From Verrucomicrobiaceae bacterium (lineage in GTDB: Bacteria > Verrucomicrobiota > Verrucomicrobiia > Verrucomicrobiales > Akkermansiaceae): DNA of 64,000 nucleotides. Positions 19,409 to 29,427 of the stretch are shown here, piece by piece. The first letter of the stretch is position 1. Every line of letters begins with the position of its first letter. The DNA is taken from contig JBPOGH010000001.1 of assembly GCA_051252135.1 (NCBI GenBank), forward strand, positions 448,001-512,000, read 5' to 3'. Below the pieces are notes generated by a model. That model was not told the DNA's origin. It did no database searches and was given only the letters and a program-made list of their open reading frames with translations. The translations under genes and the position numbers were made by a program.

Positions 19409-20234
19409 ACGTCGATGAACTCGATGAAATTTTGCGGTAGTAGGAATCGACCTTTTGCTGGAATGCCCGCCACTTGGCGCCCGGCCGCCCGTTATCTAAC
19501 AAAAAGTGCGGGCAATTTTTATTGGCCGGCGATTTGCCCTTCCGTGGCCATTTGTAATGCGGCACCACCCTCGACACCGGCAACTTATATTGGTGCATCA
19601 GCCATGCCGCTAACTTCGCAGTCCTCTCAAGGGTCTGCGCCCTGCTATTCCCGGGGTGTTCACACATCTCAATCCCAATACTGTATCGATTCCCCGGACC
19701 ATCATAGTCCGCGTGATTTCCTTGCTCACTCGTCGGCAAATGCTGGACCGCACGATCTTCATCAACCGTGTAATGCCAGGAAAGACGACCCAGAGCTCCT
19801 CGCTTGAGAGCCAATGCATGCCGGTTGGCATCTGCCCCCCGGCTCCAATTCTGTGTGCTGTGAATCGTAATGTATCGGGGGGCCATCGATTTCCGGCTCC
19901 GGCCTCGGGCGCCATAGGAAAGATAATCCCGTTTCACATTCACCTCCTTGTATAGGGTAGACGGGCTCTTGCTCGCCGCACTCCTCAATTGAGGCACACT
20001 ATTGGCCGAAGCCACTGCTGGGCCGGAATAGGTCGGCGCGGCATAGGGCATTGCGTAATTGCTACCCCAACGTTTCGCCTCCGTCCCCACATAAGAAGGA
20101 TTTCGAACCATCGTCACTCCATACGGCACGTAAGCATCATTGCTGCTTACCAATGGGGGATCCGGTGCGCATGCGACAATCAATGCCACCGCGCCAACGG
20201 CAATACAGGGCAGTAACAGGCATCTTCTCTTCAT
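19395..20234 (-). CDS. N-acetylmuramoyl-L-alanine amidase (Amidase_2), probable lipoprotein
   Basis: ITIHST, SWHYTVD, HAD, NRYSIGIEMC, VVPH and KNCP zinc-amidase motifs; lipobox IVAC. Confidence 0.9.
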   Translation of the reverse strand: MKRRCLLLPCIAVGAVALIVACAPDPPLVSSNDAYVPYGVTMVRNPSYVGTEAKRWGSNYAMPYAAPTYSGPAVASANSVPQLRSAASKSPSTLYKEVNVKRDYLSYGARGRSRKSMAPRYITIHSTQNWSRGADANRHALALKRGALGRLSWHYTVDEDRAVQHLPTSEQGNHADYDGPGNRYSIGIEMCEHPGNSRAQTLERTAKLAAWLMHQYKLPVSRVVPHYKWPRKGKSPANKNCPHFLLDNGRPGAKWRAFQQKVDSYYRKISSSSSTYGRG

Positions 20235-20304
20235 GAGAAATCGAGACTAGCACATCAACGGACATCCGCAAAGTCTCCAAACTGAAAACACCAAAGTTCC
20301 TAAA

Positions 20305-21132
20305 CTACTTTTCTGTTTGGTGCATGTGAACATCTCGCTGTGGATAAGGCATCGAAATCCCCTTCGCATCAAAAGCCTTCTTCACCCCCTCAATCATCGC
20401 AAAATGAACATCCCAGTAATTGGCGGTCTCAACCCACACCCGCACTGTGAAATTCACCGAGCTATCGGCCAATTCACCCACCTTGATCATCGGCTCCGGA
20501 TCGTGATTGATCATCGGTACACTGGAAATGACTCCTTTGATCACCTCCCGTGCGTGATCGATGTCATCCTCATAACTCACCCCAAAACTCAAATCGACCC
20601 GACGCGTAGGCATCGCCGAATAATTCGTCAGAGAATCATTGGACAGCTTCCCGTTGGGAATGTGGATAATCTTGTTGTCACCCGTGATCAGGATGGTCTG
20701 GAAAATTTCGATTTCACTCACTTTCCCAACGAATCCCTGGGCTTCGATCACGTCCCCAACCTTAAACGGACGGAGAATCAACAACACCACACCTCCGGCA
20801 AAATTCTGCAAGGTCCCGCTGAGCGCCATTCCGATGGCCAAACCCATCGCTGCCAGAATGGCCGCAAAAGATGTCGCCTCAATCCCTGCTGTCTGAATCG
20901 CCGACACCACAACTCCCACCCTAATCAAGGTGCTCACCAGGGAGGTCAAAAACGGCCGCAGGGTCGGATCGATCCCCCTGTTATCCAACGCCCTCCCCAA
21001 TAACTTTGCCGCCCAACTGCTCAATCTCCAACCCACATATAGGGTCACCAGAGCAAGACCTATTTGAATCCCCCATTTCGCAACTAGAGCTCCTATCCCA
21101 CTGGTCTCCGTCACTGCTGTGAACATCGTCAT
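20305..21132 (-). CDS. mscS: Small-conductance mechanosensitive channel
   Basis: GLAIGMALSGTLQNFAGG, RPFKVGD, IPNG and PYPQRDVH motifs. Confidence 0.93.
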   Translation of the reverse strand: MTMFTAVTETSGIGALVAKWGIQIGLALVTLYVGWRLSSWAAKLLGRALDNRGIDPTLRPFLTSLVSTLIRVGVVVSAIQTAGIEATSFAAILAAMGLAIGMALSGTLQNFAGGVVLLILRPFKVGDVIEAQGFVGKVSEIEIFQTILITGDNKIIHIPNGKLSNDSLTNYSAMPTRRVDLSFGVSYEDDIDHAREVIKGVISSVPMINHDPEPMIKVGELADSSVNFTVRVWVETANYWDVHFAMIEGVKKAFDAKGISMPYPQRDVHMHQTEK

Positions 21133-21244
21133 ACTACTTTCCTAAGCCTTTTCGATGCCGTGTCAGTCAAAAAGAACCCAAACTCCTCGCCGGAATCAGT
21201 TCCTCGCCTTGCGCCATCTCCCGCCCATGCTATAGCCCTCATGC

Positions 21245-24200
21245 ATGAGCGCCGGTTCTCCGAAGGACCTCTGGCGTGGGTTGAGCCTGCCCACGTGGGC
21301 AGATCTACGTACCCGTCTTTCGAACAACCCAAAACGCCCGCTCATCCTTGGCACTGCCGATCCCTCCGCCCAAGGATACCTGATCGCCTCACTCCTCGGC
21401 AGTAAGCCCGAAGGGAGGGTTTGGATTCTTTGCCCTCATGCCCGCCGTCGGGACCAACTCGCCGACGAGCTCGCATTCTGGAAAACCCCTACCCTCATCC
21501 TCAGTGATCCCACGGTGGTCGTGGAAAATGAAATCGTCGACCCCGACCGAGAAGCCGAACGCTTCTCCACCTTCCACCGCATTGCCGCAAATCCATCGTC
21601 ACCCGTCATCCTCTCCCGCGCCTCCTGGCAAAGCCCCGCTCCAGCTATCGACGGACTCGCCAAAAAAGAACTCGAACTAAAAGTCGGGCAGGATTTCCCA
21701 CCCGAAAAACTCATTGAGTGGCTTAAAGAACGCGAATTCGAAGAACACCCGCAAATCTTCCAACGACTCCAATTTGCCCGCCGCGGCGGCATCCTCGATT
21801 TCTTCCCGCCCCAACAAACCAGTCCATTACGAATCGAGTTCTTCGGCGACGAAATCGAATCCATTCGCGAATTCAGTGTCGAAACACAAACCACCACCCG
21901 CCGTCTCGATGGCGTCGAGATTGGCACCAAGACCCCGGACCTTACCGCCCCACTCTCAGACTGGCTCAAACCGAAGGATCTCATTCTCTCGGTCGATGAA
22001 GATGACAACGCAGTCGCCCATGTCCTCATCTCCCAAGCGCCCGATGATAACTGGAATGCCAACCTCTTTCCTTCCCCTGCCGCCGGATTCGCCGCAGGTG
22101 ATTTCGTCATCGCTGACTCCAGTCGCACCCTCTTCCTCGCACAACTGGATGATTGGAAGCAAAGCGGGTGGACCATTGGACTCATCACCCCTACCAAAGC
22201 TGAACGCCACCGCTTCCTTGAAGTCATCGAACGGGACGAATCAGAATTTCTCTGCGTTGAAGGACGGCTCTCAAAAGGCTTCGTCGCCCCGGATCTTAAA
22301 ATAGCCCTTCTCTCGACACTCGAAATTTTCGGTCGCCATCACCTTCCGGGGGCACGCCAAAAAGAGAAACTTGCCCAGCAACGCAACACCGCTGCCCTCG
22401 CCGGAATTCACGAACTTGATGAAGGCACCCTCGTCGTTCATGCCGACTACGGCATCGGCGAATTCATCGGATTAATCGATGGCGAAGATGGCCGGGAAGA
22501 ACTCGGCATCGAATATCAGGACGGGGCAACTCTTCACGTCCCCATCGATCAAAGCCACCTTGTTGCCCGCTACGTTGGCATTGGAGGCGGCACCCCTCGC
22601 CTAAACAAACTCGGTGACAAAAAATGGAAAACCGCTCGCAAGACCGCTGAAGCCGCCGTTCTCGACTACGCTGCCCAACTGCTCCGCGTCCAGGCGGAGC
22701 GTGATGCAAAAACCGGGCTTGCCCACCCACCCGACGGCCAATGGATGCAGGAGTTCGAATCCGCGTTCCCTTACACCGAGACACCCGATCAGCTGAAAGC
22801 CATTGAGGCAGCAAAGGTCGACATGGAATCCACCCGCCCCATGGATCGACTGATCTGCGGAGATGTCGGATTCGGAAAAACCGAGGTCGCCATTCGTGCC
22901 GCCTTCAAAGCGGTCACTGGAGGGAGCCAGGTAGCCATCCTGGCCCCCACCACCGTCCTTGCCGAGCAGCACGCCCGCACCTTCCGTGAGCGCATGAGTG
23001 ATTACCCCGTCCGTATTGACCTCATGAGCCGCCTCCAGACTCCCGCTCAGATCCGGGACACTCTCGAGGGCCTAGCCTCTGGAAAAGTTGATATCGTCAT
23101 CGGAACCCACCGCCTTCTCTCGGAGCAAATCGTCTACAAAAACATCGGTCTCCTCGTCGTCGATGAAGAACAACGCTTCGGCGTCCGCCATAAGGAACTG
23201 CTAAAGCAGCGCTTTCGCCTCATCGACGTCCTCACCCTCTCCGCCACTCCCATTCCGCGCACCCTCTACCTTTCACTCATGGGCGCGCGCGACATGTCCA
23301 CCATCGACACTCCTCCCCCCAACCGCCTCCCCGTTCAAACATCCATCGTCGGATACGACGAACGCCTCATCCGCAATGCCATTCGCCGTGAGCTCACCCG
23401 TGGAGGTCAGGTCTTCTTTCTTCACAATCGCGTCCAATCCATCGAGGGCATGAAACAACGTATCGAGCACCTCGTCCCGGAAGCAAAGGTCGTCATCGGC
23501 CACGGCCAGATGGACAAAGAGGACCTCGAAAACGTCATGCACCAATTCGTCGAGGGAAATGCCGATGTCCTTCTTGCCACCACCATCATCGAGAGCGGCA
23601 TCGATATCCCGAACGCCAACACCATTCTCATCGACCGCGCTGACCGCTTTGGGCTCGCCGATCTCTACCAACTCCGCGGCCGCGTCGGGAGATCCGGGCG
23701 CCGCGCCTACGCCCTCCTCCTTCTCCCCGGCGAACTCATTGCCGCAGGCGCCGCCAAAAAACGGCTGAGTGCCATCAAGCAATACACCGAACTCGGTTCC
23801 GGCTTCAAGATCGCCATGCGGGACCTCGAAATCCGCGGCGCCGGAAGCCTCCTCGGCACCAAACAATCCGGCCACATCACCGCAGTCGGCTTCGAACTCT
23901 ACTGCCAGCTCCTTCACCAATCCATCGACCAACTCCAGGGCAAAACACCCACCCTTCGGGCAGATGCCGTCGTTAAGGTCGATTTCCTCGAGTATTCCGA
24001 ATCAGCCACCGTCAAAAGAGGTCAAAAACTTCGCGCCTACTTTCCCCGCACCTACGGACCCGACCCGGAAATGCGGGTCGCAGCCTACCGACAACTCGCC
24101 TCTACCCGGACTGAAAAGGAACTCGACCAACTCGCCAAAGACTGGCGGGACCGGTTCGGGCGCTTTCCTCCACCCGTCCAGGCCCTCCTCGAAACAAATC

Positions 24201-24379
24201 GCATTCGTGTTGTCGCTTCCTCCAAGGGAATACAAGCCGCCGAAGTCAGCGGAGACCGGCTCATGCTCATGCGCAACGGAGAATACATGCTTCCTGCCAA
24301 TGGCAAGTTTCCCCGCTTGAGTTCCTCCTCACTCGCCGCTAAGCTCAAGGAAGCTGTTCACCTGATCAAAACCCTCTAA
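21245..24379 (+). CDS. mfd: Transcription-repair coupling factor
   Basis: RGGILDFF, CarD/RID-like VVHADYGIG, CGDVGFGKTEVA, DEEQRFGV, SATPIPRT, QLRGRVGRS and RDLEIRGAG motifs. Confidence 0.97.
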   Translation: MSAGSPKDLWRGLSLPTWADLRTRLSNNPKRPLILGTADPSAQGYLIASLLGSKPEGRVWILCPHARRRDQLADELAFWKTPTLILSDPTVVVENEIVDPDREAERFSTFHRIAANPSSPVILSRASWQSPAPAIDGLAKKELELKVGQDFPPEKLIEWLKEREFEEHPQIFQRLQFARRGGILDFFPPQQTSPLRIEFFGDEIESIREFSVETQTTTRRLDGVEIGTKTPDLTAPLSDWLKPKDLILSVDEDDNAVAHVLISQAPDDNWNANLFPSPAAGFAAGDFVIADSSRTLFLAQLDDWKQSGWTIGLITPTKAERHRFLEVIERDESEFLCVEGRLSKGFVAPDLKIALLSTLEIFGRHHLPGARQKEKLAQQRNTAALAGIHELDEGTLVVHADYGIGEFIGLIDGEDGREELGIEYQDGATLHVPIDQSHLVARYVGIGGGTPRLNKLGDKKWKTARKTAEAAVLDYAAQLLRVQAERDAKTGLAHPPDGQWMQEFESAFPYTETPDQLKAIEAAKVDMESTRPMDRLICGDVGFGKTEVAIRAAFKAVTGGSQVAILAPTTVLAEQHARTFRERMSDYPVRIDLMSRLQTPAQIRDTLEGLASGKVDIVIGTHRLLSEQIVYKNIGLLVVDEEQRFGVRHKELLKQRFRLIDVLTLSATPIPRTLYLSLMGARDMSTIDTPPPNRLPVQTSIVGYDERLIRNAIRRELTRGGQVFFLHNRVQSIEGMKQRIEHLVPEAKVVIGHGQMDKEDLENVMHQFVEGNADVLLATTIIESGIDIPNANTILIDRADRFGLADLYQLRGRVGRSGRRAYALLLLPGELIAAGAAKKRLSAIKQYTELGSGFKIAMRDLEIRGAGSLLGTKQSGHITAVGFELYCQLLHQSIDQLQGKTPTLRADAVVKVDFLEYSESATVKRGQKLRAYFPRTYGPDPEMRVAAYRQLASTRTEKELDQLAKDWRDRFGRFPPPVQALLETNRIRVVASSKGIQAAEVSGDRLMLMRNGEYMLPANGKFPRLSSSSLAAKLKEAVHLIKTL

Positions 24380-24388
24380 CTACTCAAG

Positions 24389-25381
24389 ATGCGTCTTACA
24401 GCATTCATCCCTCTTATCAGCGCCGCTCTGGCAATTCTCTCCCCTAATGCCGGCGCAGCCGTCCGTGTGAACGGTATCGCAGCCAAAGCAAACGGGGAAA
24501 TCGTCACCATGAACGAGCTCATGATAAAGCTCGCACCCATGCAATCCGTCCTCATGGCACAATTCCCGCGCCGTGGACAACCCTACGAACAGGCGCTTGG
24601 CAAAGTCCGGGATCAGCTTCTCGATGAACTCATCGATCGCACCATCATCTACTCCCAATACAAGGACCGCATCAGCGCCATTCCGGACCACGTCGTTGAA
24701 GAAGAAATCGAGAGAATCATCCAAAACGTCTACACCGGTGATCGCGCCCTCTTCCGCAAGTATCTCGAGGCCACCAATCTCAGCTACCAGCAATTCAAGG
24801 AACAACAGCGCAAAGAGATTCTCGTCACCGTCATCAAAAGCCAGCAATTCGGCGATCCCCCGCCCGCCACAGATGCCGAACTCCGCAAGGAATACCGCGA
24901 ATGGGCAATAGTGAACCGGGATCGCACCAAAGATGTCGGAACCTACTACAAAATCTACATTCCCAAGCGGGACCGCGTAAACCCGCAGGCCACCGCCGAA
25001 GAGCAACTCAAGCTCGCCGAAGATCTGGCTGCCAAACTCAAGGCAGGCGCCGACTTCAGCGCCGTCGCCAAAGAGCACTCCCGTGATTCCAAAAGCGATA
25101 CAGGCGGCCTCTGGGAAAACGTCCCCCGCACCGATCTTAACCACGAATTCGGCTTCCTCGTCTTCGAAACCGAAGGCAACGAAATCATGGGCCCCTTCGA
25201 AGACCAGTTCGGATACACCATCGTCAAAGTCAAGGAGCGCAAGTTTGGCCCCGCCAAGGCCTACAGCTCCGTAAAAAAGGAAATGGAACAGCGCGTCAAC
25301 AACCAGAAAAAGAACGAAAAGTTCAAGACCTGGATGGCCAAGCTTCGCGCTCGCGTTCCTGTCGATAAAATGGTCAAATAG
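24389..25381 (+). CDS. SurA/PrsA-like parvulin peptidyl-prolyl isomerase
   Basis: Signal peptide; NGIAAKANGEIVT SurA-N-like start; GADFSAVAKEHS-x-D...GG parvulin motif; follows mfd. Confidence 0.85.
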   Translation: MRLTAFIPLISAALAILSPNAGAAVRVNGIAAKANGEIVTMNELMIKLAPMQSVLMAQFPRRGQPYEQALGKVRDQLLDELIDRTIIYSQYKDRISAIPDHVVEEEIERIIQNVYTGDRALFRKYLEATNLSYQQFKEQQRKEILVTVIKSQQFGDPPPATDAELRKEYREWAIVNRDRTKDVGTYYKIYIPKRDRVNPQATAEEQLKLAEDLAAKLKAGADFSAVAKEHSRDSKSDTGGLWENVPRTDLNHEFGFLVFETEGNEIMGPFEDQFGYTIVKVKERKFGPAKAYSSVKKEMEQRVNNQKKNEKFKTWMAKLRARVPVDKMVK

Positions 25382-25387
25382 GCGGCC

Positions 25388-25879
25388 ATGCAAACGGCTG
25401 TTTACGCGGGAAGCTTCGACCCGCCTACCAATGGACACCTCTGGATGATCCGCCAAGGACTCGAGCTCTTCGACCGGCTCGTCGTCGCCATCGGTAGCAA
25501 TCCCGGAAAGGCCTACACCTTCTCCATCGAAGAAAGAATGGACCTCCTTCACAGGTCGGTTCCCTCTTGCGAACGCCTCACCATCACCCATTTCGATAAC
25601 CGCTTCCTCGTAGACTACGCTCGCGATCTCGAAGCCCACTTCATCCTCCGGGGCATCCGCTCCCCCCAGGATTACGAATATGAACGGATGATGCGACACA
25701 TCAACGCCGACATGGCCCCCGAGATCAACACCATCTTCCTCATGCCTCCTCGCGAGATTGCAGAACTCTCATCCAGCATGATCAAAGGCTTGACCGGCCC
25801 CGACGGCTGGGAAAAAACAGTCCGTCGCTACGTTCCCCCCGCTGTTTTCGACGCTCTCGAAAAACAAGCCCAATCCTGA
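25388..25879 (+). CDS. coaD: Pantetheine-phosphate adenylyltransferase
   Basis: [24 protein letters not shown] and SSSMIK motifs. Confidence 0.96.
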   Translation: MQTAVYAGSFDPPTNGHLWMIRQGLELFDRLVVAIGSNPGKAYTFSIEERMDLLHRSVPSCERLTITHFDNRFLVDYARDLEAHFILRGIRSPQDYEYERMMRHINADMAPEINTIFLMPPREIAELSSSMIKGLTGPDGWEKTVRRYVPPAVFDALEKQAQS

Positions 25880-25883
25880 AAAG

Positions 25884-27722
25884 ATGACCACTCTAGCCAT
25901 CGCAGTGAGCGCCTTCGTGCTCTATCTCATTGCCTATCACACTTACGGTAAGTGGTTGGGCCAAAAACTCTTCCGTCTCGATCCCAACGCCAAGGTTCCT
26001 TCCATCGAACTCGAGGATGGCGTCGATTTCGTCCCCAGCGATAAAAAGGTCATCTTCGGTCATCACTTCACCTCCATCGCCGGCACCGGACCCATCGTCG
26101 GCCCCGCTCTCGCCGTCATCTGGGGGTGGGTCCCGGCCCTCATCTGGGTCCTTTTCGGCTCCATCCTCATTGGGGCGGTTCATGACTTTGGCGCCCTCGT
26201 CGTCTCACTCCGTAACAAAGGACAAACCGTCGGCGACATCGCCGGAAAGGTCATCACCAAGCGCACGCGCATCCTCTTTCTCAGCATCCTCTTCCTCGCG
26301 CTCACCATTGTGCTCGCCATCTTTGGACTCGTCATAGCCGCGGTCTTCAAGATGTATCCCCAGTCCATCTTCCCCTGCCTCGTCCAGATTCCTCTCGCCG
26401 TCGTCATCGGCCTCACTCTCCACCGAAAGGGCGTCAACATCCTCATCCCTTCTCTTCTTGCTCTCGCCGCCATGCTTCTTTCCGTTGCCTATGGTGATGT
26501 TGGTATCCTCGGAGCTTTTAATGCGGAGCTCGCAACCTGGTCGATCCTCGACTGGTGCATGATCCTTCTCGGCTACTGCTTCTTCGCCTCCGTCCTCCCC
26601 GTCTGGATCCTTCTCCAGCCCCGCGACTACATCAACAGCCTTCAACTCCTCTTTTCCCTCGGCCTCGTGGCCATCGGACTGGTCGTCGCCGCTTTTGCAG
26701 GAGGGGCCGCACCTTCCCCCGAGGCATCCCGCCCCGCCCTCGAGATTGTCGCCCCCGCCCTCAACCTTTCCCCGGAAGGAGCCCCCTCCATCTTCCCCTT
26801 CCTATTCATCACCATCGCCTGCGGTGCTATCTCAGGCTTCCACTGCCTCGTTTCCTCGGGTACCTCGTCCAAACAGCTGAAATGCGAAACCGACGCTCAG
26901 TTCATCGGCTACGGTGCCATGCTGACCGAGGGTTTCCTCGCCGTCCTCGTCATCCTCGCCTGCGTTGCCGGCCTCGGCCTCGGAGCACAATCACCCGACG
27001 GCACCCTTTTCGGCATCGAAGCCTTCGACTCCCGCTATTCCTCCTGGGCAAAAGCCGGAGGCCTTGGGGCCAAAATCGGTGCCTTCGTCGAAGGCAGCGC
27101 CAACTTCCTCAAAGCCATGGGGATTTCCGCCACCTTCGCCACCGCCCTCATGGGCGTCTTCGTTGCCTCATTCGCTGCCACCACCCTCGATACCGCCTGC
27201 CGTCTTCAGCGCTACGTCGTTCAGGAGCTCGCTGCCAGCCTCAGCAGCGGAAAAGCCGCCACCAAGTTCAACCCCATCAATTGGCTCACCAATCGCTACG
27301 CGGCCACCCTCTTCGCCATCATCATCGCCTACTTCATCGCCCGCCTGCCCGGAGCCGATGGCACCACCCTCGGAACAGGCGGCACCATTCTCTGGCCCCT
27401 CTTCGGCGCCATCAATCAACTCCTCGCCGGCCTCTCTTTCCTCGTCATCACATTCTGGCTGCGCCGCCGCGGACTCCCTCTGGCCTTCACCCTCATCCCC
27501 GGAATCGCCATGCTCGCCCTTCCCGCCATCGCCATGTCCATGAATCTTCGTCAATTTGCTGACTCCGGCAATTGGCTCCTCTTTGGACTCGGGTTTGTCA
27601 CCATCCTCCTCGAGCTTTGGATGATCATCGAAGCCATCGGCATCTGGAAAAAATCCAAAGGCGTCCTCGAAGACCCCGACCCCTCCGCTCCTTCCAATAC
27701 AGAGGGCGGCCGCTCCTGCTAG
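25884..27722 (+). CDS. cstA: Carbon starvation protein A (CstA-family peptide/pyruvate transporter)
   Basis: DGVDFVP, FGHHFTSIAGTGPIVGP, LLQPRDYIN, TIACGAISGFH and WPLFGAINQLLA motifs. Confidence 0.94.
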   Translation: MTTLAIAVSAFVLYLIAYHTYGKWLGQKLFRLDPNAKVPSIELEDGVDFVPSDKKVIFGHHFTSIAGTGPIVGPALAVIWGWVPALIWVLFGSILIGAVHDFGALVVSLRNKGQTVGDIAGKVITKRTRILFLSILFLALTIVLAIFGLVIAAVFKMYPQSIFPCLVQIPLAVVIGLTLHRKGVNILIPSLLALAAMLLSVAYGDVGILGAFNAELATWSILDWCMILLGYCFFASVLPVWILLQPRDYINSLQLLFSLGLVAIGLVVAAFAGGAAPSPEASRPALEIVAPALNLSPEGAPSIFPFLFITIACGAISGFHCLVSSGTSSKQLKCETDAQFIGYGAMLTEGFLAVLVILACVAGLGLGAQSPDGTLFGIEAFDSRYSSWAKAGGLGAKIGAFVEGSANFLKAMGISATFATALMGVFVASFAATTLDTACRLQRYVVQELAASLSSGKAATKFNPINWLTNRYAATLFAIIIAYFIARLPGADGTTLGTGGTILWPLFGAINQLLAGLSFLVITFWLRRRGLPLAFTLIPGIAMLALPAIAMSMNLRQFADSGNWLLFGLGFVTILLELWMIIEAIGIWKKSKGVLEDPDPSAPSNTEGGRSC

Positions 27723-27728
27723 ACTCCC

Positions 27729-29417
27729 ATGAAACTTCTTTGCCTGATTCTCCTTAGCCTCCTCCCCCCGGTCCACGCTCAAGAGAAGGTAAAGAACGCC
27801 CCCTGTCGCTGCTGCCAACTCAACCGGGTCTTCGCCCCCTACCTCAAAGACCTCCCCCCTCCCATTCTTCACAAAGGCATTGGCACCAGCAGCCTCAAAA
27901 TCTCAACCAAATCTCCCGAAGCCCAACGCTGGTTCAACCAAGGCCTTTGCCTCCTCCACGCCTTTTGGGAGTTCGAGGCCTACCGCTCCTTCCTTCAGGC
28001 GGCCGAGGCCGATCCCGACTGCGCCATGGCCTACTGGGGAATTGCCATGTCACTTCCCGGCAAACTCCCCGAATCCCGGGTCGAAAGAAATGCCGCCCTC
28101 GAACGAGCCCTCGAACTCTCTCCAAAAGCCTCCCCACACGAGCAAGCCTACATCACCGTCCTCCAATCCCTCATCAACAGCGGCTCCACCCGTGCCATCG
28201 AAAACATCCGGACTCTTCTCAAAAAATTCCCGGACGATCCCGAAGCCGGAGGCTTTCTAGCATACTGGCTCCGCGATGGCTTTAAGGACGGAAAACCCGG
28301 GCCCGGCACCTCCGCCGGCCTCGAAGTTCTCGACGAGCATCTGAAACGCCACCCGAAACACCCGGGCCTCCACCACTACCGCATCCACCTCCTCGAGCCC
28401 GGACCGGATTTCGCCACCGCCCTCGATTCCGCACTCCTCCTCCCCGAGATCACCCCCAACGCCCCCCACCTCGTCCACATGCCGGGGCACATTTTTCATC
28501 TCCAGGGAGACTATCACCGCGCCGTCCTCATCTTCCAACTCGCCCGCCGCGTCGAGGAATCCTATCTCAAAGTCCAAGGCATCCCCCCCATCGACTCGCC
28601 CAACTACCTGCACAACCTCCACTTCCTTGTCTTCTCCGCCCTCGAATCAGGAGAGGTTGATCAAGCTCTCGAAGCCGCGGTCTCCTTCGCCAGCATCAAA
28701 ATCCCCGAAGGCCGCAACCAAGCCATCGGCTCCTACCAAACCAACTACCTTTCCCAGCAACTCCCGGCCCTCGTTCATGCCCGCATGGGCAACTATGGCG
28801 AAGCCGCTTCTCTCATCGACCCCGAAGCCCACACCGACGGCACCCCGCCCTACTTCTTCCTCCAGGGATTCAAAACCTACTTCGAAGTCCGTCAACTGAT
28901 GGCTCAGACAAAAGAAGCTGACCGCACCGCACTGCTCAAAGCCCGCCTCAAATTTCGGCAAATCCTTCGCTCCTACAAAGCGGCCAAGCCCATCGTCGAC
29001 ACCGTCGGTGAATCAATGCCCTACGAGACCAGCATGATCACCCTCGACCTTCTCGACATCGAACTCCGCGCCTTCTTCGAATCTCCCCAAGCGGACGACG
29101 ACACACTCCGAAGCACCATGGAGCTCGCCAGCGAAAAACAAAACTCCCTCGCTTACATCGAACCCCCGTTCCTTCCTTGGAACGTCGAAGAACAATTCGG
29201 CAACCTCTGGCTCCAACGGAAGAACAAGGAAGAAGCCGCCAAGTGGTTCCGTAAATCGCTCAAACTTCGTCCCAAGTCAGGACCCGCTCTCCTCGGACTC
29301 GCTCGCGCCACCGGTCAAAAGGAAGACTACCGGGCCTTCCTCGAATCATGGCAACATGCCGATGGCGACCGCCCGGAGCTCACGGAAGCCCGCGAGTTCA
29401 TCGCAAACTCCCAATAA
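27729..29417 (+). CDS. Secreted TPR-like protein of the His-rich family (AQRWFNQG...HMPGHI)
   Basis: Signal peptide; HAFWEFEAYRSF, DPDCAMAYWG, HPGLHHYRIH, HLVHMPGHIF and HNLHFL motifs. Confidence 0.8.
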   Translation: MKLLCLILLSLLPPVHAQEKVKNAPCRCCQLNRVFAPYLKDLPPPILHKGIGTSSLKISTKSPEAQRWFNQGLCLLHAFWEFEAYRSFLQAAEADPDCAMAYWGIAMSLPGKLPESRVERNAALERALELSPKASPHEQAYITVLQSLINSGSTRAIENIRTLLKKFPDDPEAGGFLAYWLRDGFKDGKPGPGTSAGLEVLDEHLKRHPKHPGLHHYRIHLLEPGPDFATALDSALLLPEITPNAPHLVHMPGHIFHLQGDYHRAVLIFQLARRVEESYLKVQGIPPIDSPNYLHNLHFLVFSALESGEVDQALEAAVSFASIKIPEGRNQAIGSYQTNYLSQQLPALVHARMGNYGEAASLIDPEAHTDGTPPYFFLQGFKTYFEVRQLMAQTKEADRTALLKARLKFRQILRSYKAAKPIVDTVGESMPYETSMITLDLLDIELRAFFESPQADDDTLRSTMELASEKQNSLAYIEPPFLPWNVEEQFGNLWLQRKNKEEAAKWFRKSLKLRPKSGPALLGLARATGQKEDYRAFLESWQHADGDRPELTEAREFIANSQ

Positions 29418-29427
29418 CCGACGCCCG

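Noticed and set aside
24380..25699. 439-aa minus-strand ORF
   Set aside because: Shadow of the PPIase and coaD genes
26555..27562. 335-aa Arg/Pro/His-rich plus-strand ORF inside cstA
   Set aside because: Alternate frame of a C-rich gene; the composition follows from codon bias
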